Positions 51,002 to 62,479 are shown, numbered from the stretch's first letter. The stretch is 64,000 nt of DNA from Macrostomum lignano (GCA_002269645.1 NIVC01001014.1:284565-348564), one strand, 5' to 3'. Program-made: numbers and translations. The notes: generated from the letters alone by a model not told the origin.

Positions 51002-53751
51002 ATGACGCTAGCAACAACTTGTCGTCGACTGCTGACTCCGGCGGCAACCGCCTTGCGTCGTTACTATTCGCCAATTTCTGATTCGCCTCGCAATCGAGTC
51101 GCTATTCTGGGCGCCTGCGGCGGCCTCGGCCAGCCATTGTCACTAATAATGAAGCGCTCGGAATATATTGCCGAATTGGCGCTATACGACAAAGTGGACA
51201 CCGCCGGCTTGTGCGCCGACCTTAGTCACATCTCGACTAAGGCGGCAATCAAGGGCTACCAGGGTAGCGATCAGCTAGGCGACTGCCTGACTGGCTGCAG
51301 CGTGGTGCTCATGATTGCTGGGATTCGGAGGTGAGGTCGACTAGATTTATATAATTGTTATTGTTACCATAGCTCGTCTATGAACCATCCCTCCAAATAA
51401 TCGGCCTTGCCGCCTCGGCCTCTATATGATTAGTCTATGACCGATTAATCAAACGCCCCAATCTCCCTCTATGACCCACTAATCAAACAGCCCAATCTTC
51501 CTTTCTATGACCTGACTGATTTAGCCAACACCCCAATCTCTATGACCCATTTAACCAACACCCAATCTCCCTCTATAACCCATTAATCAAACAGCCCATG
51601 CAATCTCCCTCTATGACCCACTTAGCCAACACCCCAATCCCTCTATGACCCATTCCTATTTAGCCAACACCCCAATCTCCCTCTATGACCCTTTAGCCAA
51701 CACCCCAATCTCCCTCTATGATCCACTTAGCAACACCCCAATCTCCCTCTATGACCCACTTAGCAAATAGCAACACCCCAATCTCCCTCTATGACCCACT
51801 TAGCCAACACCCCAATCCCTCTATGACCCATTCCTATTTAGCCAACACCCCAATCTCCCTCTATGACCCTTTAGCCAACACCCCAATCTCCCTCTATGAT
51901 CCACTTAGCAACACCCCAATCTCCCTCTATGACCCTTTAGCCAACACCCCAATCTCCCTCTATGACCCACTTAGCCAACACCCCAATCTCCCTCTATGAC
52001 CCACTTAGCCAATACCCCAATCTCCATCTATGACCCATTTAGCCAACACCCCGATCTCCTTTTATGACCCCTTCCACAAAAATCGCAATCTAGCACGCGT
52101 AAATGATAATTATTGAAATGTGAAATCCTAACTCTACCACCTACACCTAATATCTATCAATCACATCATACCCCTGTCAGGCAGCCGGGCATGCACCGTG
52201 ACAGCCTATTCCAACAGAACGCCACCATTGTTGCCGAGCTAACAGACGCCGTTGCTAAGCACTGCCCGAAGGCCCAGCTGTGCATACTCACCAATCCTAT
52301 TAATAGCAACGTGCCCCTAGCTGCTGAGATTCTCAAGCACCGAGGGGTGCACGATCCGCGTCGCTTGTACGGCATCACTACTGTTGACTCTGTGCGAGCT
52401 GACGTAGTCTATGCCAAGTTAACTGGTCACCCGCTTGACAAGGTTTGAGCATGGGAATTTATTAGGGATCTATCATCTTCATCAATGTCCTCTGAAGCTT
52501 CCTCTAGGAGCAGTGAAATCCCATTCCTAATTTCACTATCTTCATCTCGACCCAGCTTCCTGCTGTGAGCAGTTGAGATCCCATCTATCTACCTCATTTT
52601 CATCTCGATCAATTTCAGCTTCCTCTGTGAGCAGTTGAAATCCATCTATCTGCCTCATCTTTGTCTCAATCCCTTCAGCTTCCTCTGTGAGCAACTGAAA
52701 TCCCATTTATCTGCCTCATCTTTATCTCGATCCCTTCAGCTTCCTCTGTGAGCAACTGAAATCCCGTCTATCTGCCTCATCTTTATCTCGATCCATTTCA
52801 GCTTCCTCTGTGAGCAGTTGAAATCCCATCTATCTGCCTCATCTTTATCTCGATCCCTTCAGCTTCCTCTGTGAGCAGTTGAAATCCCATCTATCTGCCT
52901 CATCTTTATCTCGATCCCTTCAGCTTCCTCTGTGAGCAGTTGAAATCCTATCTATCTGCCTCATCTTTATCGCGATCCATTCCAGCTTCCTCTAATCCTC
53001 TGTGAGCAGTTGAAATCCCATCTATCTGCCTCATCTTCATTCTAATCCCTTCCCAGCTTCCTCTGTGAGCAGTTGAGATCCCATCTATCTGCCTCATCTT
53101 CATCTCGATTCCTTTCAGCTTCCCCTGTGAGCAGTTAATATCCCATCTATCTGCCTCATCTTCATCTCGATTCCTTTCAGCTTCCTCTGTAAGCAATTGA
53201 ATTCCCATCCCCCTTATCTTCATCTCAATCCAGCTTCCTGTGTTCCGGGAGATCTCATCTACATCATTCAATTCAGAGATCCCTAACCTCCAATCCAGGT
53301 GAGCGTGCCCGTACTAGGCGGTCACAGCGGCCACAGTCTGGTGCCGGCCTTCAGCCAGGCCCAGCCACATAGCCGCCTGTCACCCGAGGATGTCCGCCGC
53401 CTCACTGAATCCGTACGCGGCGCCGCCGACGCCATCGTCGCTGTGAAAGCCGGCGGCGGTTCGGCGACGCTCTCCGTAGCCGCCGCCGCTCATCGTTTCG
53501 TCAACTCGGTGCTGCTAGCCCTGGACGGCCGGCAGAACATTATTGAATCGGCTTTTGTCGAGTCCGACGCCATGCCCGATCTGCCATTCTTCTCCTGCCC
53601 GTTGCTGCTTGGCCAGAACGGCGTCGAACGAAATTTAGGCGTCGGCCAACTGTCCGAGTACGAGGCCGAACTGATGAAAGCAGCCGTGGCCGAGCTTCGA
53701 GTCCAGATTGAAAAGGGCCAGGAATTTGGCTTGGCCTGGGCAAAGCGATGA
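51002..53751 (+). CDS. MDH2: Mitochondrial-type malate dehydrogenase, divergent paralog; exons 51002-51330, 52181-52442, 53299-53751; 347 aa
   Basis: Arg-rich transit peptide; VAILGACGGLGQPLSL, ADLSHI, RRQPGMHRDSLF, TNPINS, DSVRA, LGGHSG, KAGGGSATLS. GT-AG introns in phase. Confidence 0.92.
51440..52080. repeat. ~34-bp minisatellite (TAGCCAACACCCCAATCTCCCTCTATGACCCACT) in MDH intron 1
   Basis: Tandem units. Confidence 0.92.
52500..53250. repeat. ~61-bp minisatellite (CAGCTTCCTCTGTGAGCAGTTGAAATCCCATCTATCTGCCTCATCTTTATCTCGATCCCTT) in MDH intron 2
   Basis: About 12 units. Confidence 0.92.
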
Positions 53752-53929
53752 TTTATTTATGTATTTATGAATATACATATTGATTTAGTTTAGATCTAAT
53801 TTTCATAGTCTAGCGGGTGCGGTGATTGAACTAATAAATCCATACATTCGCCCGTGTGAACTGCTGGACTGAATGAACTGAGCTAGACCGACTCCTGCTC
53901 TCATTCTGCCCAATCTCTCCCTTACCCTC

Positions 53930-54320
53930 ACCCACTGTCTCCCTTGCCCCTCACCCCCACTCTGTCTCCCATACCCCTCACCCCCACTCTGTCCCCCTTA
54001 CCCCTCACCCCCACTCTGTCCCCCTTACCCCTCACCCCCACTCTGTCTCCCTTACCCCTCACCCCCACTGTCTCCCTTACCCCTCACCCCCACTCTGTCC
54101 CCCTTACCCCTCACCCCCACTCTGTCCCCCTTACCCCTCACCCCCACTCTGTCTCCCTTACCCCTCACCCCCACTGTCTCCCTTACCCCTCACCCCCACT
54201 CTGTCCCCTTACCCCTCACCCCCACTCTGTCTCCCTTACCCCTCACCCCCACTGTCTCCCTTACCCCTCACCCCCACTCTGTCTCCCTTACCCCTCACCC
54301 CACTCCGTCTCCCTTACGCC
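53930..54320. repeat. 27-bp C-rich minisatellite (CCCCACTCTGTCTCCCTTACCCCTCAC)
   Basis: Tandem units. Confidence 0.93.
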
Positions 54321-55149
54321 TCAATCTGGCACCAATATCATCCCAGTGTCGCTATTTAGAATTAAATTACGTGCTTGAACAGAATTTGTCAATGAAGCCA
54401 ACGACTTATTTTTCTTTGAAGCTTTTCAACACGAATTAATCCGATTGGGTAAAGAATTTCTTAAATTATAGCAGTTATTTTAACTCAAAAACCAATTCGT
54501 ACAAGTTTTTTTGCTGCTTTGAAATCGTCGGCCCCTTTTATTTTCTCAGTTGTTCGATTCAAAAATGTTTTTACTTTATCTCACTTCTCCCTTATCTAAC
54601 TACCTAGCTACTGCAGTGACTCATAATAATGCAGCCTTTATCTGTTATAATCAACTATATTCTCAAACTGCTAACAGTGGTATGTGTGTGTGTTTGTGTG
54701 TGTGTATCCACCGTCAAAAAAATCTTTTTATGGGGCTAAATCGTGTGATCTGTGAACATTAAAAACTCAACTGTTTACTATTTTATAAGGTTTTCATGTT
54801 CTGCGACTTACTACTAACTTGATAAAACCGTAGTAAGTAGCAAGCTTCGCTTCAGGGTTACGTCTTCTGCAAGTCTAAAAAACACGGCATTAGTAGCAAC
54901 TACAATTTTGAATCAATCTACGAGTATCTTTGAACAGCCTGGCAACGAGTTTGTTTATCTTAGATACGGTGCATTTTTAAATCAGTCTAAAATGTACCAG
55001 CTTGTTCAAGGTATTGTGACCCAAACAGTCGGCCCCAAATACACATGTAATGAATTGTATTAGAAACATTGAGAGATGTAATGTCTCTCCGTTGCAGTAC
55101 CAACTCAATTTTTGTCTATTTTTATTTTTATTTTTCTCAATTCACCAGC

Positions 55150-55720
55150 GCGATAAGCCGACAGTATCAATTAAAATTCTCCTTCTACCAGTTAAAAATC
55201 TCCCTCATTCAATTAAGAATCTCCCACTGCCAGTTAAAATTCTCCCTCTGCCAGTTAAGAATCTCCCTGTCAATTAAGAATCTCCCTCTGCCAATTAAAA
55301 TTCTCCCTCTGCCAATTAAGAATCTCCCTCTGATAGTTAAGAAGCTCTCTATACTGATCAATATACTTATCCAAGAATCGCCCCCAACGCCAGTCCAAGC
55401 ATCGCCCCAATGCCAGTCCAAGCATCGCCCCAATGCCTTTCATAGAATCATCCCAATGCCATTCATAGAATCGCCCCAGTGCCAGTCAAAGAATCGCCCC
55501 AATGCCATTCATAGAATCGCCCCAATGCCAGTCAAAGAATCGCCCCAATGCCTTTCATATAATCGCCCTAATGCCATTCATATTATCGCCCCAATGCCAG
55601 TCCAAGAATCGCCCCAATGCCAGTCCAAGAATCGCTCCAATGCCATTCATAGAATCGCCGCAATGCCTTTCATAGAATCGCCGCAATGCCAGTCATAGAA
55701 TCGCCCCAATGCCAGTCCAA
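55150..55720. repeat. Two adjacent minisatellites (21-bp AATTAAGAATCTCCCTCTGCC; 20-23-bp ATAGAATCGCCCCAATGCC)
   Basis: Tandem units; explains ORF 55069-55698. Confidence 0.88.
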
Positions 55721-55966
55721 GTTTCGGTTCAATGTATTTTTTTCAATTATATGCATAGCTCGTTTAGTCGGAAAAGCTGTGAAAAAGTACGAGTTTTTTT
55801 TAATTCGTTACAAAAAAACACTTAATTTTGAGCGCTAAATATAATAACGGTCAGCTTAAGATGTGTAAAATCATTTGTTTCTTTTTTCCAGGTATAATTT
55901 TTTTTGGTGATTAGGCAATGCACTTTAACGCGCGGTTGCCTAGCTCTCCCACGTCCGAAATTCGAG

Positions 55967-56791
55967 CTAAACGAGCGGGTCGGAGCACTGGCAGACCACC
56001 GGGAAGCTGTCCGTGTCCGGATAGTCGGACAGCTTGCGCTGAAGCAGCACGCCGGCATTCTCGGCGGCCAAATTGTTGTTCGGCTGGTCGGCGTCCCACA
56101 CGGCCGACCGAACTGGCAGCCGCGGCGGGCTGGGACCAGCGCAGGGATGCCAGTGCCAGCCGCCGGCAGGCTCCGAGGAGTTTGGCAGCTGGACGGCGCC
56201 AGTCCAAACCGGGTTGCCGATGGCGCCGCCGTAGATGACCAACGCCGATTCGATGTCGTCGTCGTTGTCCAGCTGGGCCGGTCTGGTCAACTCGCCGTCA
56301 GCTAAGCACCTGGCCGCCTGCGTGGACCAGTTTCCAACGGAGGTGTATAGTTTGTACTTGTAGCCATGGTAACCGCCGGTCGTGTTAGCGGCTACTCGAT
56401 AATCAGGCGGGCAGGTCGCGCCGGCTCGAATGTACACGGTGACGTTGATGGCGTCAGTGGGCACCTCACCGACTGTGCAGTTTGATCTGCGGACTGCGGC
56501 GCTGCAGCGGCTCCACGCGTAGAGGCTGCACCGACCGCGGGCGGCATCGAAACTGAACGCCCTACAATCGGCCTGCGCTGAGCAGGCCACGGCGCAGGGT
56601 CGCTCGTCGGAGTAGACAGCCGCCAGCCGTCTGATGTACTCGGAGGCCACGCACAGCAGCGGCAGACGGACGGGGCTGTAGATTTTGCCGCCGGCATCGC
56701 GGCTGTTGCAGCTGCTGGCTGTTTCCATGGCAACTAGAGTCGCTAGTAGAGCGGTAAGCATTAGCGACATTTTTAACGATGACGCTCTCAT
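55967..56791 (-). CDS. Secreted PAN/apple + C-type lectin domain protein, intronless, 274 aa
   Basis: Signal peptide; PAN motif CAVACSAQADCRAFSF...CSLY; CTLD motifs CP, W..Q..RC, VWTG, WHW, WDADQPNN and terminal VVCQ. Confidence 0.85.
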   Translation of the reverse strand: MRASSLKMSLMLTALLATLVAMETASSCNSRDAGGKIYSPVRLPLLCVASEYIRRLAAVYSDERPCAVACSAQADCRAFSFDAARGRCSLYAWSRCSAAVRRSNCTVGEVPTDAINVTVYIRAGATCPPDYRVAANTTGGYHGYKYKLYTSVGNWSTQAARCLADGELTRPAQLDNDDDIESALVIYGGAIGNPVWTGAVQLPNSSEPAGGWHWHPCAGPSPPRLPVRSAVWDADQPNNNLAAENAGVLLQRKLSDYPDTDSFPVVCQCSDPLV

Positions 56792-57474
56792 TTTCGACGT
56801 GTCAACTTTACAAGAATAAACGTCGTCTTTGCGTTTTATTGCTTTAGCTTAGCTACCATTTAGTTAGATGTTTGCCCAGACCCAGCAGCTTTTATAGTAT
56901 TGCGGAACTAAACTGAGTGTGAACAGGAGACGCTAGTGACATGCAAGGGGATATTGTCTCTGAGAAGCTCTCCTATATTACATTGTAATTGTTGGCACTG
57001 CTGTAGTTTAGCTTTGGTAAAGAGAGAACCGGGGTAGCTGTATAAAGAATAGAAGCTTCTGAGTAGCGTTCGATAAGTTTTAAGCAAGCAACGAATGCAT
57101 GCAAGTTGTTTGCCCAGCTTGCCTGCTAATGTGTGTGCAGTCCGTGTGTAGTATACCGCGAGCTGCCTAACAAACAGTTGAGGATCCAGAGCCCTGCATG
57201 TGTTGCACGTGAAACTCTGTATGCCCAAGCTGAGTGCCTCATGCTAATTGTATTTGTGAAACTGAGGAAGACTTACTTACAGTGTATAGTCAATAAACAG
57301 GTGTATAATGATACATGTACATGTGTATTTATGGGTAGCATTATCAGGTGGAGCTTCTATCAATATGCGTATTGAAATATAGCAGAGGTAGTTAACAACT
57401 ATACATCAAATGGTACACCTTAATTTTACCTCTTATTTTGAACAAACTCCCTTATTATTCAAACCAAGCATGTC

Positions 57475-57844
57475 GGGGGCCGTAGCCCAGCGGTCTAGCG
57501 CAACTGCTCTGGTGTGCCAGCGACCCAGGCTCGATTCCAAGTGCAGTCACATTAATTTGGGGCTGAATTGGAATCTTGGCTTGGCTCTGCTCGTGCAATT
57601 AACGGCCTTGAGAGCCAACCCCCCAAGGCGCAGTGAAATGTACATGCCTAACGATAAAATAAAGTTAGGGCCGCTGTACACTCCTGTGTGAGTGTGTGCC
57701 TGCGTACGTATCCGCGCGCTTGTATGCCTGCTCAGGGGAGTCGGCGGAATGGGCAGTAATGCCTCTCGCCGGTTGTGTGCCTATGTCGCTTAAAGTGCGC
57801 CAGGGTGCACACAACCCCCCTGCCTCTAATAAAAAAAGATGGAT
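57475..57844 (+). mobile_element. tRNA-derived SINE, copy 2
   Basis: Colinear with 43206-43556 apart from scattered substitutions and a ~16-nt insertion; possible 7-bp TSD GCATGTC (57468-57474, 57845-57851). Confidence 0.88.
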
Positions 57845-58186
57845 GCATGTCCATGTTGCATTGTGCTTGCAGAAATTCAATTATGACAAACACCCTTAAG
57901 TCTTTATCAGTGTCTGATTTTGATGTTCCGCTTGTTTGAATGCAAAGGAAGTTTGTTCAAAATAGGAGGAAAAGGGTGTCGAATTACACTAATATACTTC
58001 TAGACTAGACTGTTAAGCTAATTAGATTATTTAACTACCTATAAATAGAATCCGCTCAAGATCAATTTCGATTGGGAGTGCTTACAAAAATAAACAAAAT
58101 TCTAAAAAAAACAGTTAAAATTGTAACATGTCACGCCTGATTGGTTTCACGCCGTGTTCACAGTTAAACAAGCGCAGGCAGCAGCA

Positions 58187-59647
58187 TCAACAGCAGCTGT
58201 ACAGCAGCGAGCATGATCGACAGTTGCCCAGCTGATGCGGACATGACGAACTTGGAGGCCAATGCCACAGCGCCGCTGCCATTAGCCTGGCAGGCCATGG
58301 CTTCGCAGGCCCGCAGCACCGCTTCTGCTGCTGTTGCTCCATCAGCTGCGGCTGCAACCCCAAGCTGGGCATCAGAAAGTCCACGAACAGCTGAAACGAA
58401 GCTTCCGGCTTCTCAATCGGGGTGCTGTGACCCGCGCCAGACACCGACCTGTACCGAATGGTGAAGGCGTTCAAGGACGTCTCAGAGCCGCCCACCTGAA
58501 CGGAAGCGGCGCCGAACATGCACTGGCAGTAGTACCAGGAGTAGCGGTTGCCCTGTAGCGGCCAGGTCATATTGTCGACGAAGCCCGCCGTGGCCAGGTA
58601 AGGCAACAGGTAGTCTAGGTTGCCATTGTACAGCAGTACATCAATTTTGCTCCTGTTGAGCAGCAGTAGCTGATGGGTCAGGGCCTCATTGCGGAAATCG
58701 TAGCTTGTGAAGATGCGGCCGCTGCAGATGTGGTAGCGCTTGGCCTGAGGCGACACGCCCAAAGCGCGACGCACGTCCGGCCTCTGCAGGTAGTGCTCCA
58801 TGGCGGTGGTGTTCAAACACCTGTACGAGTCGTTGTAGCCCAGGATGTTGTGATGGCAGAGGCTCTCAACGTTGTACTCATTGAAAGTCGGATCGGGATC
58901 TTTGAACTGTTTCTCAGTCACGGGCATCAGACCCATGAAGTAGGCGAACTCGGCCCTGGCTGCTAGCATCGCCTCCCGACCCATAAAGTAGCCGTTGCCA
59001 ATGGCGACGCCTCGAAGTCGAAGGCCGTCTGGTCTTGACAACCGTTCATCTGCCAGAAGCGCCTCGGCCAGCAGCGGCAGGTAGACTCCGGCGTAGCTCT
59101 CGCCGGTCAGGTAGAAGTTCCTGGCCCGATACTCTGGGAACAGCAGCAGGAACTGACGCAGCGCAAGGATGTTGTCGCGAGTGGTGCTCCCATCGTTCCA
59201 GCGAAATTTGCTGGACGTCCGGGCCTTGCCGTAGCTAAAGCCGACACCTGCCGGCGATTCCAGGTAGAGCATGTTGGCCACACGGTTCCAGGCCCAGGGA
59301 TTGTGCACCAGCTGGGCCCGGTCGTTCACCAGGAACGGCCCATTGGTGGTCAGCAGGCCGCCGATGGACGAGCAACCGGGGCCGCCGTTCAACCACAGGA
59401 CCAGCGGCGCCTCTTCCGGCGGCTTCTCCGAGCTCTCCACCAGCCAGTAGAACAGGCGGCTGTTCGACTGCTCAGCCGCCTGCAGGTAGCCGGAGTATTG
59501 GCCAAATCGTGGACCCATCGTCGGCTGGCCTGGCAGGTTGACGATGCGGTGCCTCTGAGCACTGAACGGTTGCGACATCAGCGATAGCGACATCGTCAAC
59601 CACAGCAACAGCAGCTGGAGATTGTGGTGGCTCAGATGAAGTGCCAT
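58187..59647 (-). CDS. Serine carboxypeptidase, family S10 (cathepsin A-like), intronless; true C-terminus probably in another frame ending at 58164
   Basis: Signal peptide; QYSGYL, LFYW, PLVLWLNGGPGCSS, NMLYLESPAGVGFSY, GESYAG (Ser), YNGNLD (Asp), GAGH (His). Confidence 0.92.
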   Translation of the reverse strand: MALHLSHHNLQLLLLWLTMSLSLMSQPFSAQRHRIVNLPGQPTMGPRFGQYSGYLQAAEQSNSRLFYWLVESSEKPPEEAPLVLWLNGGPGCSSIGGLLTTNGPFLVNDRAQLVHNPWAWNRVANMLYLESPAGVGFSYGKARTSSKFRWNDGSTTRDNILALRQFLLLFPEYRARNFYLTGESYAGVYLPLLAEALLADERLSRPDGLRLRGVAIGNGYFMGREAMLAARAEFAYFMGLMPVTEKQFKDPDPTFNEYNVESLCHHNILGYNDSYRCLNTTAMEHYLQRPDVRRALGVSPQAKRYHICSGRIFTSYDFRNEALTHQLLLLNRSKIDVLLYNGNLDYLLPYLATAGFVDNMTWPLQGNRYSWYYCQCMFGAASVQVGGSETSLNAFTIRYRSVSGAGHSTPIEKPEASFQLFVDFLMPSLGLQPQLMEQQQQKRCCGPAKPWPARLMAAALWHWPPSSSCPHQLGNCRSCSLLYSCC

Positions 59648-61554
59648 CTGTTCCTCTGGGAGATTTGGTTGATCTCGAGTCGTCCTCGTCTTCTTCTTAA
59701 GTCGATGTTTTTGCGTATTGGCGAATCAGGCAGCTTTTTTTAAATTGATGTATCCGTGTATGTTCGCTGGCCTAGTTTCTTCGAACTTTCGAACTTGTTT
59801 GGTAGCGGGGTTGCAGGCCGGAACGAGGAGGCGAGGGAAGGCAGTAAATTCTGGCAGTTTTTCAAGAGCCAACCCGAAATCTCGAAGGTTTTTATTGCGC
59901 CGCGCGATCAACTCCCCTCGAGGAGAGGAGAAGAAGGAAAAAATTATAGAAGAAATAGAGCGGCAGAAGATGCGGATGTCATTCTCCTCCGCTTTTTATA
60001 CGGACTGCAGCTTCGCCTGGGTCTGCTTCTCGCATTGGAATCGAATAGCGGAGAGAACCTGGGGCGAGTCTCCCGGGTGTCCAAATAATGTGCTGCTTCC
60101 TGCTTGTGTTGCTGCTTGCTGGCCAGCTTCTTGAAGACTAGCCGACTGTGGGAAGGGGGGCGACTTCACATCCCGATCCCGTTGTTGGCGCAATAAAATA
60201 TGATGGGGAAATTTGAGGGGGGGGGTAGAGTTATCCACCCTCTACAAGAACGAATCCTGACCCCGGCGCGCTTCTCGCTCACTGCGCGGTCGAGTGCACG
60301 CTTGAATGGCTCTTCATCCAGAGTTTTGGAGTGCCGCTCCGGGAGCTAGCGAAGTCCAGGGAGTCGGGCCGCTGCGAAATCCGAGAATAGGGAGGGCATA
60401 TAGCGAGAGATGGAAGGCCTCCAGGGGCGCCCCCCCCCCCCCCCCGATTTTTCGATTGGCACACGCGCGCAGCAAGATTGGAACAGGGGCGATGAAGACT
60501 CTCTCTACCAAAGGCGAGCCCAACCTGCCTAGTTGCTGCGGCCCCTGCGTCAGCCGCCCTGCCAATTCTCTGTCATCACTTTGCCCCGAGGGCCGCTTGG
60601 GAATAAGGGAATTAATCGTTCCGCGTCCCAGCAGGGGTGCGGCCGCCAAACTTGGTTGATGATCCCAATTTTTCTCAGCAACCCAATCGCCTCAGGCCGG
60701 TGCGCGCAGGTTAGCCCATTTTTTTCTTGTAATAATTCGATCGTCTGGCATCAAGAAGAGACCGTGCGGCAGCCGTTAGTTGATTTTCGCCCAACACCAG
60801 GGCGGGTTGGGGGGAAACATTGCGCCAGACTGGCCGCAACACAAATCCTAGCTATGCAATCGGGGAAAAGTGCAACGAGAACAAGCCCTGGCGCACACTT
60901 CCACCATCGGAGGACGTCACCGCGATTGTCTGTGAACGCCCGAAGACTCAGCTGAGTGCGCTTATAAAACAGCCACTATTTATATGTAGGTGCAGGACGG
61001 CCCCAGAAACCGGTCACGCCCAGCAACTAAAGGAGACATCTATCGGTGTAATTTACAATTGTTCTTTGCTCCGCGATCTGTGCACTTGTACGGCCCCTTA
61101 CGCTTGATTGACTTGCTTATTTTAATTTTGTGGTTCTCTCTCTCTCTAGCACAGATTTTGAATCGTGAAACGTGTAGCCCTGCTCAGTCAGCCAAGCAGC
61201 CCGCTTTACCTTGTCAATTATGCATTGCAGGTTGAAGTTCTTGAGCTGCTTGCAACTAGTAACAAAGAATGGATGATCTTTAATGTTTAATTAAACATCG
61301 ATGTTTTTATATTGATCTCAGCTCCGTATAGCTGCGGTTTCGTTAGGCCTGAGTGATTTTTACAATGTGAGCGTGTCGAGACGGCGAGTTGTGCCCCGTA
61401 AAACATTCTCTCATTAAAAAACAGTCTGGATCTGGAATCTTGATCTTGGCTATATATATCTGGCACTATCGTTAAGAAGATACAACGCTGTGTAGAGCTG
61501 TGTTTGACTCTGTCTAAAGCTTATATAGTTTAGTTATACTCATAGTGCCCTACA

Positions 61555-62420
61555 ATGGCCCTGACTCTGCCTCTGGCGTCAGATCCGGCGTCAGATCCGG
61601 CTGTCAAGTCACCTTCTAGTCCAGCGACAACGCCGCACCACCAGCCGCAGCAGCAGCAGCCTCCGCCGTCGCCAGCAAAGTTGACGTCTCAACCCGAAGA
61701 GATTGGTTCCAACCCTTTCTTAGACGCATTCTTTGCGGTTGACAAAGACCATAGCGAGTCCATCACATCCGAGGAACTGTCGGATTACATGTCCAATTCT
61801 CAGTTTGAGAACAACTTTGGAGAGGTAAATGTATACGCTTATTAAAGTTGTAAAATTACTTTACTGAGGTTACACTAAGAAGCTACATGAATGTAACGCC
61901 TAAATTCGACGTCACTCTTTCGCTCAGAAATGGATGAAGCTCTTTGACGAAGACGCTGACGGTACGATCACTCTGGAAGAGTACTGCAACGTACTTGGTC
62001 TCAACCCGAAACAGGCGTAAGTCAACTTGGTTTGCTAACGTGCTACATCTGATGTTGGGTTTTGAATATATTAAAATGAATGCATCACTTAGGAGACTCT
62101 ATCGCGACAAGAAAGTCAGAGCCGTCTGCTTAAAAGAGAACCGATTGACCGAAGACGTCGCCTGCATTTCGGCCAGTATGGAGTTGGAGACGCAGTTAGA
62201 CGTAATTGAAGTATTTCGCGAGGCTCAGCGTCGCAGTCAGCAGGCCAGAGACATTGCGGCCTACATGAAAACCCAGCTGGATCAGCAGTTTGGTCGCCTG
62301 TGGCATATTGTGCTGCTGACTGGACAGTACTGGGCCAGCTACAGTCACGAGCCGGGGATGGCGCTATTCTTCAAATCCAACAAGTTCATCGTGATGGCCT
62401 GGCGAACGCCCGGCATTTAG
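61555..62420 (+). CDS. Tegument allergen-like (TAL) protein: two EF-hands + dynein light chain-like domain; exons 61555-61824, 61928-62016, 62093-62420; 228 aa
   Basis: EF loops DKDHSESITSEE and DEDADGTITLEE; DLC-like IAAYMKTQLDQQFGRLWHIV...YWASYSHEPG...VMAWRTP. GT-AG introns in phase (0, 2). Confidence 0.9.
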
Positions 62421-62479
62421 GGGCTGTTGTTTCAGTAAGAGTGAGTCAGGATGGATTGGGGCTGAGTCAGGGTGTATTA

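Noticed and set aside
52500-53250. Hammerhead ribozyme in the 61-bp repeat (CTGTGAG...GAAA)
   Set aside because: The core lacks the required CUGANGA, and stems I-III cannot be formed convincingly.
58364-58383. 20-nt GT-AG intron (GTGGAC...CCCAG) that would restore the GPI frame
   Set aside because: Too short for spliceosomal removal and a poor donor; a single-base indel is simpler.
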